From: Streptomycetaceae bacterium | Lineage (GTDB): Bacteria > Actinomycetota > Actinomycetes > Nanopelagicales > Nanopelagicaceae | NCBI GenBank assembly: GCA_027488575.1 | Contig: JAIYBJ010000032.1 | Span: 12,390-76,389 of the forward strand | Direction of reading: 5' to 3' | DNA length: 64,000 nt | In this document: piece by piece, positions 1 through 8,769 of the stretch | Numbering within the stretch: position 1 is the first letter of the stretch | Layout of the letters: each line of letters opens with the position of its first letter | Notes under the pieces: model-generated | The model's database searches: none | What the model saw: the letters and a program-made list of their open reading frames with translations, nothing else | What the model was told of the DNA's origin: nothing | Translations under genes and position numbers: made by a program

Positions 1-677
1 AAGGCTTCGGGGATCGTTTATTGATTGACGATCTCTCCTTTACATTGCCACGCAATGGAATTGTCGGAGTCATCGGGCCCAACGGTGCTGGTAAAACAAC
101 TCTCTTTAAAACAATTATGGGAATGGAAGCACCAGATAGCGGCACAGTAAAAGTTGGCGAAACTGTAAAGATTTCATACGTCGATCAGTCACGTGGCGGA
201 ATTGATCCAAAGAAATCACTCTGGGAAGTCGTCTCCGATGGTTTGGATTTCATTAAAGTTGGACAAGTTGAAATGCCATCTCGTGCATACGTTTCAGCAT
301 TCGGCTTTAAAGGTCCGGATCAGCAAAAGCCTGCAGGAGTTTTATCTGGTGGTGAAAGAAACCGTTTAAATCTGGCACTTACTCTTAAGTTAGGTGGCAA
401 CCTATTGCTGCTGGATGAACCGACAAATGATTTAGATGTTGAAACACTTGGTTCACTTGAAAACGCACTCCTTGAATTTCCTGGTTGCGCAGTAGTCGTA
501 TCCCACGATCGTTGGTTCTTAGACCGCATTACAACGCATATTTTGGCTTACGAAGGTGACTCAAAGTGGTTCTGGTTTGAAGGTAACTTCGAATCCTATG
601 AAAAGAACAAGATTGATCGTCTAGGTGCTGATGCAGCTCGTCCACACCGAGTGACATATAGAAAGCTCACACGTTAA
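1..677 (+). CDS. ettA: Energy-dependent translational throttle protein EttA (ABC-F), C-terminal part; the gene starts before the window
   Basis: Walker [10 protein letters not shown], signature LSGGERNRL, Walker [11 protein letters not shown]-terminal EGNFESYE...[12 protein letters not shown] typical of EttA; the frame is open from position 3. Confidence 0.93.
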   Translation, partial: GFGDRLLIDDLSFTLPRNGIVGVIGPNGAGKTTLFKTIMGMEAPDSGTVKVGETVKISYVDQSRGGIDPKKSLWEVVSDGLDFIKVGQVEMPSRAYVSAFGFKGPDQQKPAGVLSGGERNRLNLALTLKLGGNLLLLDEPTNDLDVETLGSLENALLEFPGCAVVVSHDRWFLDRITTHILAYEGDSKWFWFEGNFESYEKNKIDRLGADAARPHRVTYRKLTR

Positions 678-1087
678 TGCGCTACTCAGCCAAGGTTCAT
701 GTTCGCTGGGATGATCTAGATGCATTTGGTCATATCAATAATGCAAAGTATTTAACGTATGTGCAAGAAGCGCGTTCAGACTTCACTTGGTTCTCACGCC
801 AAAAAGCTGGCAAGAAACCTCTGCTCGCAGACATGGTTGTTGCTCGTGCAGAAGTTGATTACATCGAACCGATTTATGAGGGTGGCATGGATGTTGAATG
901 CCAGATTTGGATCACACGAATTGGTAACTCATCATTTGAAATGGAATACGAAATCATTCATAAAGGGGTTATTCGCTCTCGTATAAAAACCACACAAGTT
1001 GCTGTCTCTGTCGAAACAAAGCGCTCTCGACCACTAAGCGATGAAGAACGCGAATTCTTAACCGAGTATCTCGAGGAACCAAAGTAA
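677..1087 (+). CDS. Acyl-CoA thioesterase (4HBT/YbgC/FadM hot-dog family)
   Basis: VRWDDLDAFGHINNAKYLTY motif; follows ettA as in other actinobacteria. Confidence 0.88.
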   Translation: MRYSAKVHVRWDDLDAFGHINNAKYLTYVQEARSDFTWFSRQKAGKKPLLADMVVARAEVDYIEPIYEGGMDVECQIWITRIGNSSFEMEYEIIHKGVIRSRIKTTQVAVSVETKRSRPLSDEEREFLTEYLEEPK

Positions 1088-2353
1088 TTGCCTAAGAAGA
1101 AAGTGTTACACCCTGCGTGGTTTGCAGTAGGTGTCACATTTGTAACGTTAGCAATCACAGCAGGATTTAGAAGCGCTTCATCTGTTCTGATTATTCCGCT
1201 AGAAGAAGCTTTTGGCTGGGGCCGCGAACAGGTTTCTCTAGCCGTTGCTATCAACGTACTTGTTTACGGTTTAGTTGCACCATTTGCCGCAGCGCTTATG
1301 GAGCGTTTTGGAATTCGCAGAGTTGTTATGTCAGCGCTCTTTGCTGTCAGTGTCGGTGCGGGCCTAACCATTTTCATGAACGCTCCATGGCAACTCATGG
1401 CGCTCTGGGGATTTGTAGTTGGCGCAAGCACCGGTTCGCTTGCACTTGTCTTTGCAGCAACTGTGGCTAATCGTTGGTTTGTTCAAAAGCGTGGAATTGT
1501 TATTGGCGCACTCACCGCAAGCTCTGCAACTGGACAATTGATTTTCTTGCCAGGGCTTTCACATGTTGCAGAGATGAACGGCTGGAAGAGCGTTTCACTA
1601 ACAATTACAGGTGTTGCACTCGCCTTGATTCCTTTTGTCTGGCTATTTCTGAAAGAGCGTCCACAAGATGCAGGAGTTCTTCCCTATGGCGCTCCAGCGG
1701 ATTGGGTAGCTCCTGCCAAAAGTTCAATGGGTGCTGGTGCATTAGCAATTGACACACTTAAGCAAGCCAGCAAGAAAAAAGATTTTTGGTATTTATTTGG
1801 CTCATTCTTTGTTTGTGGGCTTTCAACCAATGGATTAATTGGCACACACTTCATACCTGCTGCCCATGATCATGGAATGGGAATGACTACAGCAGCGTCA
1901 TTACTCGCTTTAGTTGGAGTTTTTGATCTAGTCGGAACAATTGCATCAGGCTGGCTGACGGATAAATATGATCCACGCAAGTTGCTCTTTTTTTACTACG
2001 GCTTAAGAGGATTGTCATTGTTACTTCTTCCTTCAATTCTCTTTGCATCAGTTCATCCATCAACACTTGTTTTTGTCATTTTTTATGGTCTTGATTGGGT
2101 TGCAACCGTTCCGCCAACAATCATGCTTTGTCGCGCCATATTGGGGCCAGAGAGAGCGACGGTTGTTTACGGCTGGGTATTCGTCGCACATCAAATCGGC
2201 GGAGCAATTGCCGCTTTCGGCGCAGCTGTCTTGCGCGTTCAATTTGGAGATTATGCGATTGCGTTTTATATAAGTGCTGTCATGTGTCTGATCACCTCAT
2301 ATTTTGTTCTGCAAATAGCAAAGGGTCAGACGCGTGAGGAAATAACCTCATGA
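1088..2353 (+). CDS. MFS transporter (about 12 TM)
   Basis: Hydrophobic helices; motif-A-like LMERFGIRR and GWLTDKYDPRK. Confidence 0.88.
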   Translation: MPKKKVLHPAWFAVGVTFVTLAITAGFRSASSVLIIPLEEAFGWGREQVSLAVAINVLVYGLVAPFAAALMERFGIRRVVMSALFAVSVGAGLTIFMNAPWQLMALWGFVVGASTGSLALVFAATVANRWFVQKRGIVIGALTASSATGQLIFLPGLSHVAEMNGWKSVSLTITGVALALIPFVWLFLKERPQDAGVLPYGAPADWVAPAKSSMGAGALAIDTLKQASKKKDFWYLFGSFFVCGLSTNGLIGTHFIPAAHDHGMGMTTAASLLALVGVFDLVGTIASGWLTDKYDPRKLLFFYYGLRGLSLLLLPSILFASVHPSTLVFVIFYGLDWVATVPPTIMLCRAILGPERATVVYGWVFVAHQIGGAIAAFGAAVLRVQFGDYAIAFYISAVMCLITSYFVLQIAKGQTREEITS

Positions 2354-2721
2354 GTACTTTGTATGACGAGATCGGAAGCGAAGCTTTTGAGCAACTAGTT
2401 TCACATTTTTATGCACTAGTTTCCATAAACCCAGTCATCGCACCCATGTATCCAAAAGATGACATTCATGGGGCGGCACTTCGATTAAAGATGTTTCTTG
2501 AGCAATATTGGGGTGGACCAACAACGTACACAGAAGAGCGTGGGCATCCCCGACTTCGCATGCGTCACGCAGAGTTTCATATTGATACGAAAGCACGCGA
2601 TGAGTGGCTTTCGTGTATGAGAGAAGCTGTTGCAGATTTAAAGATTAGCGATGAACTAAAGAGTCGATTGTGGGAGTACTTTGAAATGGCAGCAGATGCC
2701 ATGGTCAATCAACCAGATTGA
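2350..2721 (+). CDS. glbO: Group II truncated hemoglobin (GlbO-like)
   Basis: LYDEIG, FLEQYWGGP, RGHPRLRMRH, ARDEWL motifs. Confidence 0.92.
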   Translation: MSTLYDEIGSEAFEQLVSHFYALVSINPVIAPMYPKDDIHGAALRLKMFLEQYWGGPTTYTEERGHPRLRMRHAEFHIDTKARDEWLSCMREAVADLKISDELKSRLWEYFEMAADAMVNQPD

Positions 2722-3257
2722 GAAAGATTTCCAACCTTTAGAATTTCACCATTTCGCAAGTACCAAAGAGTTCCATTTTCATCTCGCACAGTTGTAATTC
2801 TTAAGCCAACTTTTTCGACTCTTCCTTTAACGTCCAAAACATCAACTTTGTCGCCAACGCCGTATTGATCTTCAATTAACATAAAGATTCCAGAGAGAAT
2901 ATCGCGCACTAAAGTTTGCGCACCAAGACCGAGTGCAACACCGATAACACCAGCGGATGCGATGATTGGGCCAAGATTAAATCCGAATTCGCCAAGGATC
3001 ATTGCAATGGCAAGTACCCAAATAATTGCGTTCAGAGTGCTGGATAACACCATGCCAGTTGTTCGTGCACGTTCTTTTTGTCGCGCAACGGTGTTTGTTG
3101 GACCAGGAACTAAGTCAGCTGATGCCAGACGAGTCATGGCGCGATCAATTGCTCGGCCTCCAAAGTATTGAGTAAAGAGTGCGCCGGCAACGACTAACAA
3201 AATGCGCAAAGGGGAGCCGCTAAACCAACCCCATGCCTCTTGCAATCCCTCGCTCAT
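2709..3257 (-). CDS. mscS: Small-conductance mechanosensitive channel (MscS family), short form
   Basis: ASAGVIGVALGLGAQTLVRDILSGIFMLIEDQYGVGD and GRVEKVGLRITTVRD core; only 182 aa. Confidence 0.88.
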   Translation of the reverse strand: MSEGLQEAWGWFSGSPLRILLVVAGALFTQYFGGRAIDRAMTRLASADLVPGPTNTVARQKERARTTGMVLSSTLNAIIWVLAIAMILGEFGFNLGPIIASAGVIGVALGLGAQTLVRDILSGIFMLIEDQYGVGDKVDVLDVKGRVEKVGLRITTVRDENGTLWYLRNGEILKVGNLSQSG

Positions 3258-3375
3258 AAATCACACTCTAACGAAATTGACATGAAAAATTTGCCTTGAA
3301 ATGCCCCCTAGTCGGCGCCTTTTGAGGCAAGATAAACCAATCGGTGCGAGCCACGTGCTGAGAATCGGAGTGCAT

Positions 3376-3891
3376 ATGTTGCGGACGCTGGTCCTAAATG
3401 CCACCTATGAACCACTAGGTGTTATTTCAGATCGCCGTGCACTGATTCTCGTTCTCAATTCACGGGCAACAATGGTTGAAGATTCTGGAAGTGTTCTGCG
3501 TTATTCATCCGGTGAAATCGCACTTCCTTCAGTAATTAGATTAAATAAATTTGTTCGAATTCCATATCGCCATTCAGTGCCGCTATCTCGTCGGGCAATT
3601 TTTGCTAGAGATGGTGGTCGATGTGTTTATTGCGCTGCACCTGCAACATCAATTGATCACGTAATTCCACGCAGTCGCGGTGGCGCACACAATTGGGAAA
3701 ATGTTGTCTCAGCTTGCCATCGTTGCAATCACACTAAGGCCGATAAACCACTGAAGGATTTGGGATGGCGTCTTCGCACATTGCCGCGCGAACCAGTTGG
3801 AGCTGCGTGGAGAATTCTTGGCACAGGTCGTACAGATAAAACGTGGCTGCCGTACTTAGAGCCATTTGGCGTTGCAGCAGCAACTGCGTAA
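3376..3891 (+). CDS. HNH endonuclease (McrA-like; Rv2469c-type conserved actinobacterial family)
   Basis: LVLNATYEPL N-terminus; RDGGRCVYC..SIDHVIPRSRGG..WENVVSACHRCNHTK; GGAG upstream of ATG 3376 favours that start over 3301. Confidence 0.88.
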   Translation: MLRTLVLNATYEPLGVISDRRALILVLNSRATMVEDSGSVLRYSSGEIALPSVIRLNKFVRIPYRHSVPLSRRAIFARDGGRCVYCAAPATSIDHVIPRSRGGAHNWENVVSACHRCNHTKADKPLKDLGWRLRTLPREPVGAAWRILGTGRTDKTWLPYLEPFGVAAATA

Positions 3892-3904
3892 ACTAATCAC
3901 AATT

Positions 3905-4084
3905 ATGAACATGATTAATCAAGAAGATGGATATGTTCCTGGTCCTGCGCTGAGCGCCCTAGAAACAATAATTACATTCGTTGTGATTCCAACGGCTTTG
4001 TTTTTGGTGATTTCTCTGATTACTTATGCGGCAACAGCGCAACGCAAAAAGAGTTCAAAGTCAGTAATTACTCATATCGAATAA
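3905..4084 (+). CDS. Small single-pass membrane protein (start 3905 or 3911)
   Basis: DGYVPGPALS followed by a ~22-aa hydrophobic helix and a basic tail; fills the gap between the HNH gene and pepN. Confidence 0.7.
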   Translation: MNMINQEDGYVPGPALSALETIITFVVIPTALFLVISLITYAATAQRKKSSKSVITHIE

Positions 4085-6625
4085 TCAAGCATCCTTTTTC
4101 TGTGCACGAAGTGATCGTGCAAGCGCGTCCCTTCCTTCAGTAATAACTCTTCGAAGAGCATTTGGTGCGTCCTTGCCAGTTACATCCAGCCACTTTTGAG
4201 CTTTAGATAATGTTTCTTCTGTAACCACAAATCCTGGAAAGAGCATCGTCGCTGTTGTTTCAGCGATTTCATATCCCTTGGTATTCCAGAGTTCAATCAA
4301 AATTGCGAAATAGCGATCAACAAAAGGCGCAACTAATTCCGATTGAAGTGCAACGTTAAATCCACGGCACGTATAAGCATGAATCGTGTTACTGAGATTC
4401 TCAGTTGTAACGGATGCAAAAGCTTTCTCTTTAGCCTGCACGGTTGGAATCGCAGCGTGCGCAAGTGCGCCGTATTGCTTGCCATGCGCCGTGTTGTCTT
4501 TTGCTAGTTCTGCATCAATATCTGTGGCACCCAAGAGCCCGCGCTTTACGGCGCAGATAAGTAAGTGCCATCGGAGTTCGGCGTCAATTGTTAGACCCTT
4601 TATAGAGCCATTTAGAATTTCAATGATTTGCTTGCTTTGCTCTGGTGTTGTTGCAGACTCTGCAAACCCGCGCGCGAATGCGAGCTGATGATCACTTGCT
4701 GCAGGTGCCGCTTGCAAGAACTTATTGAGCGCATCAGAAACTTTCGCACGAAGAGCATCCCGATTTGCTGGCGCTGAGTACTGCCAAATAGCAGTATCGA
4801 TATTTGCATTCGTTGCAGAAACGATTGAAATATCCGACTCAGTACCGAGTGCATTTAATGCAATTGCAATGTAATCAGATGCACTGAGTTCGCCATCTCG
4901 AACTGAGTCCCACAGAGAAGCCCAAATAAGTGCGCGTGCAAGAGGTTCGTTCAGTCCGCCAAGATGAGATTTGAGTGTTGCGATTGAATGCTCATCAAAG
5001 CGCAACTTTGCATACGTTAGATCGCCATCATTGATTAAGACTAAATCAGCTTCTTTTTCGCCATGTAGTTCTGTTACATCAGTGCTTGCACCAGCTATGT
5101 CAAGAGCAACGCTCTTTCTCTTGATAAGAGAATCACCTGAAATATCAAATAGTGCAACTCGCAGACGATGTGGACGCAACTCTTTTGAACCCACTGGCAT
5201 GCTTGGCGCTTCTTGTGTGATTGCAAGTTTCTTATAGACGCCAGATTCAATCTCGATTTCAGGGCGCAGAGTATTTACACCAGCCGTTTGTAACCATGTT
5301 GCAGCCCATGGCTTTAGATCGCGCCCACTAGTGGCTTCTAATTCGACCATCAGGTCATTCAGGGTTGTGTTCTTAAATGCGTGCTTGGTGAAGTAAATGC
5401 GAAGGCCTTTAATGAAGTTATCGCGCCCCACATGTTCGACTAATTGCTGAAGAACTGATGCTCCCTTTGCATATGAAATTCCATCGAAGTTGGTCTTCAC
5501 ATCTTCGAGATCCTTCATCTCAGTTGCAATCGGGTGTGTTGTTGAAAGTTGATCTTGGCGATATGCCCAGTTTTTGCGTAGTGCATTAAATTCGGTCCAC
5601 GCAGTTGTGTACTTGGTGGCTTCACTCGTTGCCATATACGAAGCCCATTCGGCGAAGGATTCGTTAAGCCACAAGTCTTCCCACCATTTCATAGTGACTA
5701 GATCGCCAAACCACATGTGCGCCATTTCGTGAAGAATTGTGCTGGCGCGGCCCAAGTGTTTGCTTTCAGTGACCTTACTTCTAAAAATCAATACATCTTC
5801 ATGGAAAGTAACGCAGCCAACGTTTTCCATTGCGCCCCAGTTGTATTCAGCAACTGCAAGCTGGTCATATTTTCCAAATGGATAAGCCAGACCAAAAGTC
5901 TTTTCAAAGTAGGCAAAACCCTCTTTGGTTACTCTGAAAATATTCTCTGCATCCACGTATTGAAAGAATGATTTACGGGCGTAGATCCCAAGGGGGATTG
6001 TCTTTTCGCCAACGTATTCGTCGTGAACATGCTGGTATGGACCAGCCACAATTGCTGTGACATATGTCGAAATAACTTGAGACTCTTTGAATTGAACTTT
6101 CTTCGAATCTGATCCGATATCTGTCACCGATTCAACATCGTAATTAGAGATTACTTCCCAGTGCTTTGGAGTGATTGCACTGATGGTAAAAGTTGCTTTT
6201 TGATCTGGCTGATCAAAGCAGGCATACATCTGACGAGCATCGCCGGTTTCAAATTGCGTATAGAGATAGACCTCGTTATCTGCAGGATCTACAAATCGGT
6301 GCAATCCTTCACCAGTGTTTGAATAGATGCCTTCGATTTCTAAACACAACTCATTTTCGGCAGCCAAAGGTGGCAGGTAAATTGTTTGTCCGTCGTAATC
6401 CTTGACTTCAAATTCAACACCGTTAAGCGATGCTGAAATCACTCGCTTACCAAGCGCGTCGATGAATGTGCTCTGGCCAGGCTTTAGCCCTCTGAATTTA
6501 ACGCACGTCTTTGCAATAAATGTTTCTGCACTTGTCGTTAAGTCGAGATCAATCTGATAGCTGTGGGTTTTAACCAGAGAAGAGCGCAGCGCGGCTTCGT
6601 TGCGGGTCAGATTTACTCCTGGCAC
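4085..6625 (-). CDS. pepN: Aminopeptidase N (M1 family)
   Basis: GAMEN, HEMAH-18-E (WLNESFA), SYAKGAS; MPGVNLTR N-terminus of actinobacterial PepN. Confidence 0.96.
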   Translation of the reverse strand: MPGVNLTRNEAALRSSLVKTHSYQIDLDLTTSAETFIAKTCVKFRGLKPGQSTFIDALGKRVISASLNGVEFEVKDYDGQTIYLPPLAAENELCLEIEGIYSNTGEGLHRFVDPADNEVYLYTQFETGDARQMYACFDQPDQKATFTISAITPKHWEVISNYDVESVTDIGSDSKKVQFKESQVISTYVTAIVAGPYQHVHDEYVGEKTIPLGIYARKSFFQYVDAENIFRVTKEGFAYFEKTFGLAYPFGKYDQLAVAEYNWGAMENVGCVTFHEDVLIFRSKVTESKHLGRASTILHEMAHMWFGDLVTMKWWEDLWLNESFAEWASYMATSEATKYTTAWTEFNALRKNWAYRQDQLSTTHPIATEMKDLEDVKTNFDGISYAKGASVLQQLVEHVGRDNFIKGLRIYFTKHAFKNTTLNDLMVELEATSGRDLKPWAATWLQTAGVNTLRPEIEIESGVYKKLAITQEAPSMPVGSKELRPHRLRVALFDISGDSLIKRKSVALDIAGASTDVTELHGEKEADLVLINDGDLTYAKLRFDEHSIATLKSHLGGLNEPLARALIWASLWDSVRDGELSASDYIAIALNALGTESDISIVSATNANIDTAIWQYSAPANRDALRAKVSDALNKFLQAAPAASDHQLAFARGFAESATTPEQSKQIIEILNGSIKGLTIDAELRWHLLICAVKRGLLGATDIDAELAKDNTAHGKQYGALAHAAIPTVQAKEKAFASVTTENLSNTIHAYTCRGFNVALQSELVAPFVDRYFAILIELWNTKGYEIAETTATMLFPGFVVTEETLSKAQKWLDVTGKDAPNALRRVITEGRDALARSLRAQKKDA

Positions 6626-6692
6626 AAAAACTCCTCAGAAAGATTTACGCGTGTGATTTCAGGTTGATATCTAATCATGTAAGAGTTACCTC

Positions 6693-7367
6693 GTGGAACG
6701 AGAAGAAGCACAGAGTTCTGGGATCAAGAGCTTTCGCTTACGCGGAAAGCGCATGACTCGGGCACAAAACGCTGCGCTGATTCGTTCCTGGGATCGATTC
6801 GGAATTGAATTCGGAACAAGAGTTGATACCAAGGCGCTGTTTCCCAACGCAAAAGAAACCATCATTGAAATTGGATTTGGCATGGGCGATGCCACCGCAG
6901 AGATTGCCAAAGCCCATCCAGAAAATGGATACATAGCGATTGAAGTACACCCACCTGGAATTGGAAAACTTCTTTCCCTGATTGAAGAACACGAACTGAC
7001 AAATGTTTACATTATTGAAGGTGATGCAATCGAGATTCTGCAGACTATGTTCGCAGACCACATCATCAATGGATTCCATTTATTTTTCCCAGATCCCTGG
7101 CCAAAGTTAAAGCACAACAAACGCCGCATCGTTAACGCCGAATTCCTTGCACTGATTCATCAAAAACTCATTAAAGGTGGCTACATAAACATCGCAACGG
7201 ATTGGGTGCCTTATGCAGAATGGATAAGGGATGTTTTTGCTGGTTCAGACCAATTCACTGGGGGAGAAGTAGCACGTCCTGATTGGCGTCCATATACGAA
7301 GTTTGAAGGAAAAGGATTAGCTAAAGATCACCGTGTAAGCGATTTTCATTACAAGGCAAAGGGTTAA
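6693..7367 (+). CDS. trmB: tRNA (guanine-N7)-methyltransferase
   Basis: EIGFGMG, FFPDPWPKLKHNKRRIV, ATDWVPYA, TKFEGKG. Confidence 0.95.
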   Translation: MEREEAQSSGIKSFRLRGKRMTRAQNAALIRSWDRFGIEFGTRVDTKALFPNAKETIIEIGFGMGDATAEIAKAHPENGYIAIEVHPPGIGKLLSLIEEHELTNVYIIEGDAIEILQTMFADHIINGFHLFFPDPWPKLKHNKRRIVNAEFLALIHQKLIKGGYINIATDWVPYAEWIRDVFAGSDQFTGGEVARPDWRPYTKFEGKGLAKDHRVSDFHYKAKG

Positions 7368-7819
7368 ATAGAACCCTTAGTTTCGAAGTTAGAAACTTGG
7401 CCGATGCGACGGATATGTCGTTCATCTTTGCTAAATGGCGTTGCTAGAAAAACATCAATCAATTCCTTGCAGACTTCGATTGGATGCATGCGGCCTCCGA
7501 TTGCAATTACATTGGCATCATTATGTTCGCGAGCTAACTTCGCAGTCTCAACGCTCCATACAAGTGCCGCCCGAATTCCCTTAACTTTATTGGCCGCCAT
7601 TTGTTCGCCATTTCCAGAACCACCTAGAACGATTCCGAATGAACCTTTTTCATTTGCAACACCTTGCGCTGCAGGAATGCAAAAGACTGGGTAATCATCG
7701 AGTGCGTCATAAACATGAGGACCATGGTCAACAACGTCATGTCCAGAACTCTTGAGGTGTTCAACCAGTGCGTTCTTTAATTCAAGTCCAGCATGATCAC
7801 TACCGATGTGTACGCGCAT
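7364..7819 (-). CDS. rpiB: Ribose-5-phosphate isomerase B
   Basis: GSDHAG, DDYP, GGSGNGEQMAANKVKG, AREHNDAN, RHIRRI. Confidence 0.95.
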   Translation of the reverse strand: MRVHIGSDHAGLELKNALVEHLKSSGHDVVDHGPHVYDALDDYPVFCIPAAQGVANEKGSFGIVLGGSGNGEQMAANKVKGIRAALVWSVETAKLAREHNDANVIAIGGRMHPIEVCKELIDVFLATPFSKDERHIRRIGQVSNFETKGSI

Positions 7820-7852
7820 GGCGAAATACTCTCACGCGCACTGCTGCAAAAT

Positions 7853-7890
7853 GAAAGACCCGCCACTAATTTCTTAGTAGCGGGTCTTTC
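7853..7890 (-). terminator. Intrinsic terminator-like hairpin downstream of the 7917-8543 gene
   Basis: GAAAGACCCGC...GCGGGTCTTTC inverted repeat with inner ACTAA/TTAGT pairing. Confidence 0.75.
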
Positions 7891-7916
7891 TACCCGTAAG
7901 GAGGAGGTACGAATGT

Positions 7917-8543
7917 TTAGTTCGCTGGTGCACCTAGCGGAGCTGGCGCTCCCTTAGGTCCGCCGCGCCCGCTCTTGCCCTTTACTGAGCTAATTTCTTG
8001 CGTCACGTGCGCAACAAGATTAGCTTTTAAAGTAGTGGCTTGAGCAGCTGTGATTTTTCCTGCAGCAACTTTTGCATCGATTTTCTTTGAATGTTCAGCA
8101 ACGAGAGCTGCAATTAATGCATCTTTCTTGTCGCCAGCGATTGCTGCAAGAGTTTCTCCTGCTTGCAATCGTGACTTAATTGTTGCCGATTCAATTCCAA
8201 GCGTCGAAGAAATGAGTGCATCCATCGCTGCACGATCTGGTCCACCGACCTTTGCAGGGCGGTTTGCTTTTGCGGTTTCGGCAGCGCTCAACACTGCTGC
8301 CTTAATTGCATCCGCTTGAACCTGAGTAATAGTTCCCTTGGTTACTAAGCCGGACAAGATGCCATCTAGCGCAGCAGCTGGTCCGCCCAAACTGCGTGCA
8401 TTAACACCTGGTTGCGAAACTTTTGTTACTGATTTTGTAACAACTGTTCGCGTTGTTTTTGTTGCAGCATTTGCTGAAGCAAATCCACCAGCTGAAAGTG
8501 CGACCGTTGTTAGTACAACAGTTGCAATTGTTCTCTTTGACAT
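7917..8543 (-). CDS. Secreted Ala/Lys-rich helical hypothetical protein
   Basis: Signal peptide MSKRTIATVVLTTVALSAGGFASANA; internal repeat LVTKGTITQVQADAIK / KVAAGKITAAQATTLK; GAAGGGA SD upstream. Confidence 0.8.
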   Translation of the reverse strand: MSKRTIATVVLTTVALSAGGFASANAATKTTRTVVTKSVTKVSQPGVNARSLGGPAAALDGILSGLVTKGTITQVQADAIKAAVLSAAETAKANRPAKVGGPDRAAMDALISSTLGIESATIKSRLQAGETLAAIAGDKKDALIAALVAEHSKKIDAKVAAGKITAAQATTLKANLVAHVTQEISSVKGKSGRGGPKGAPAPLGAPAN

Positions 8544-8769
8544 TGACTGTCCCTTCGTCCCGTAAGAACTTTCATTAATAGCCCCACGCCATTAACTAGT
8601 CGTACTAAACCCTCACACCTACAAAAAGGAAGGCGAGAATCCTGTGCGCTCCATGTGAATATTTCCCGCTCCTTGCGAGCCCAGCCAGGGCAGCCGTGTA
8701 GGGCTAGACCTATTCCTGTGAACCAATTTTGAGCACACACTGGAACCATCAACTGTGAGGAGCTTTCCC

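Noticed and set aside
3376-3891. HNH nuclease as a homing or defence element
   Set aside because: It belongs to the conserved actinobacterial family found next to glbO/pepN; there is no intron, methylase or other defence neighbour
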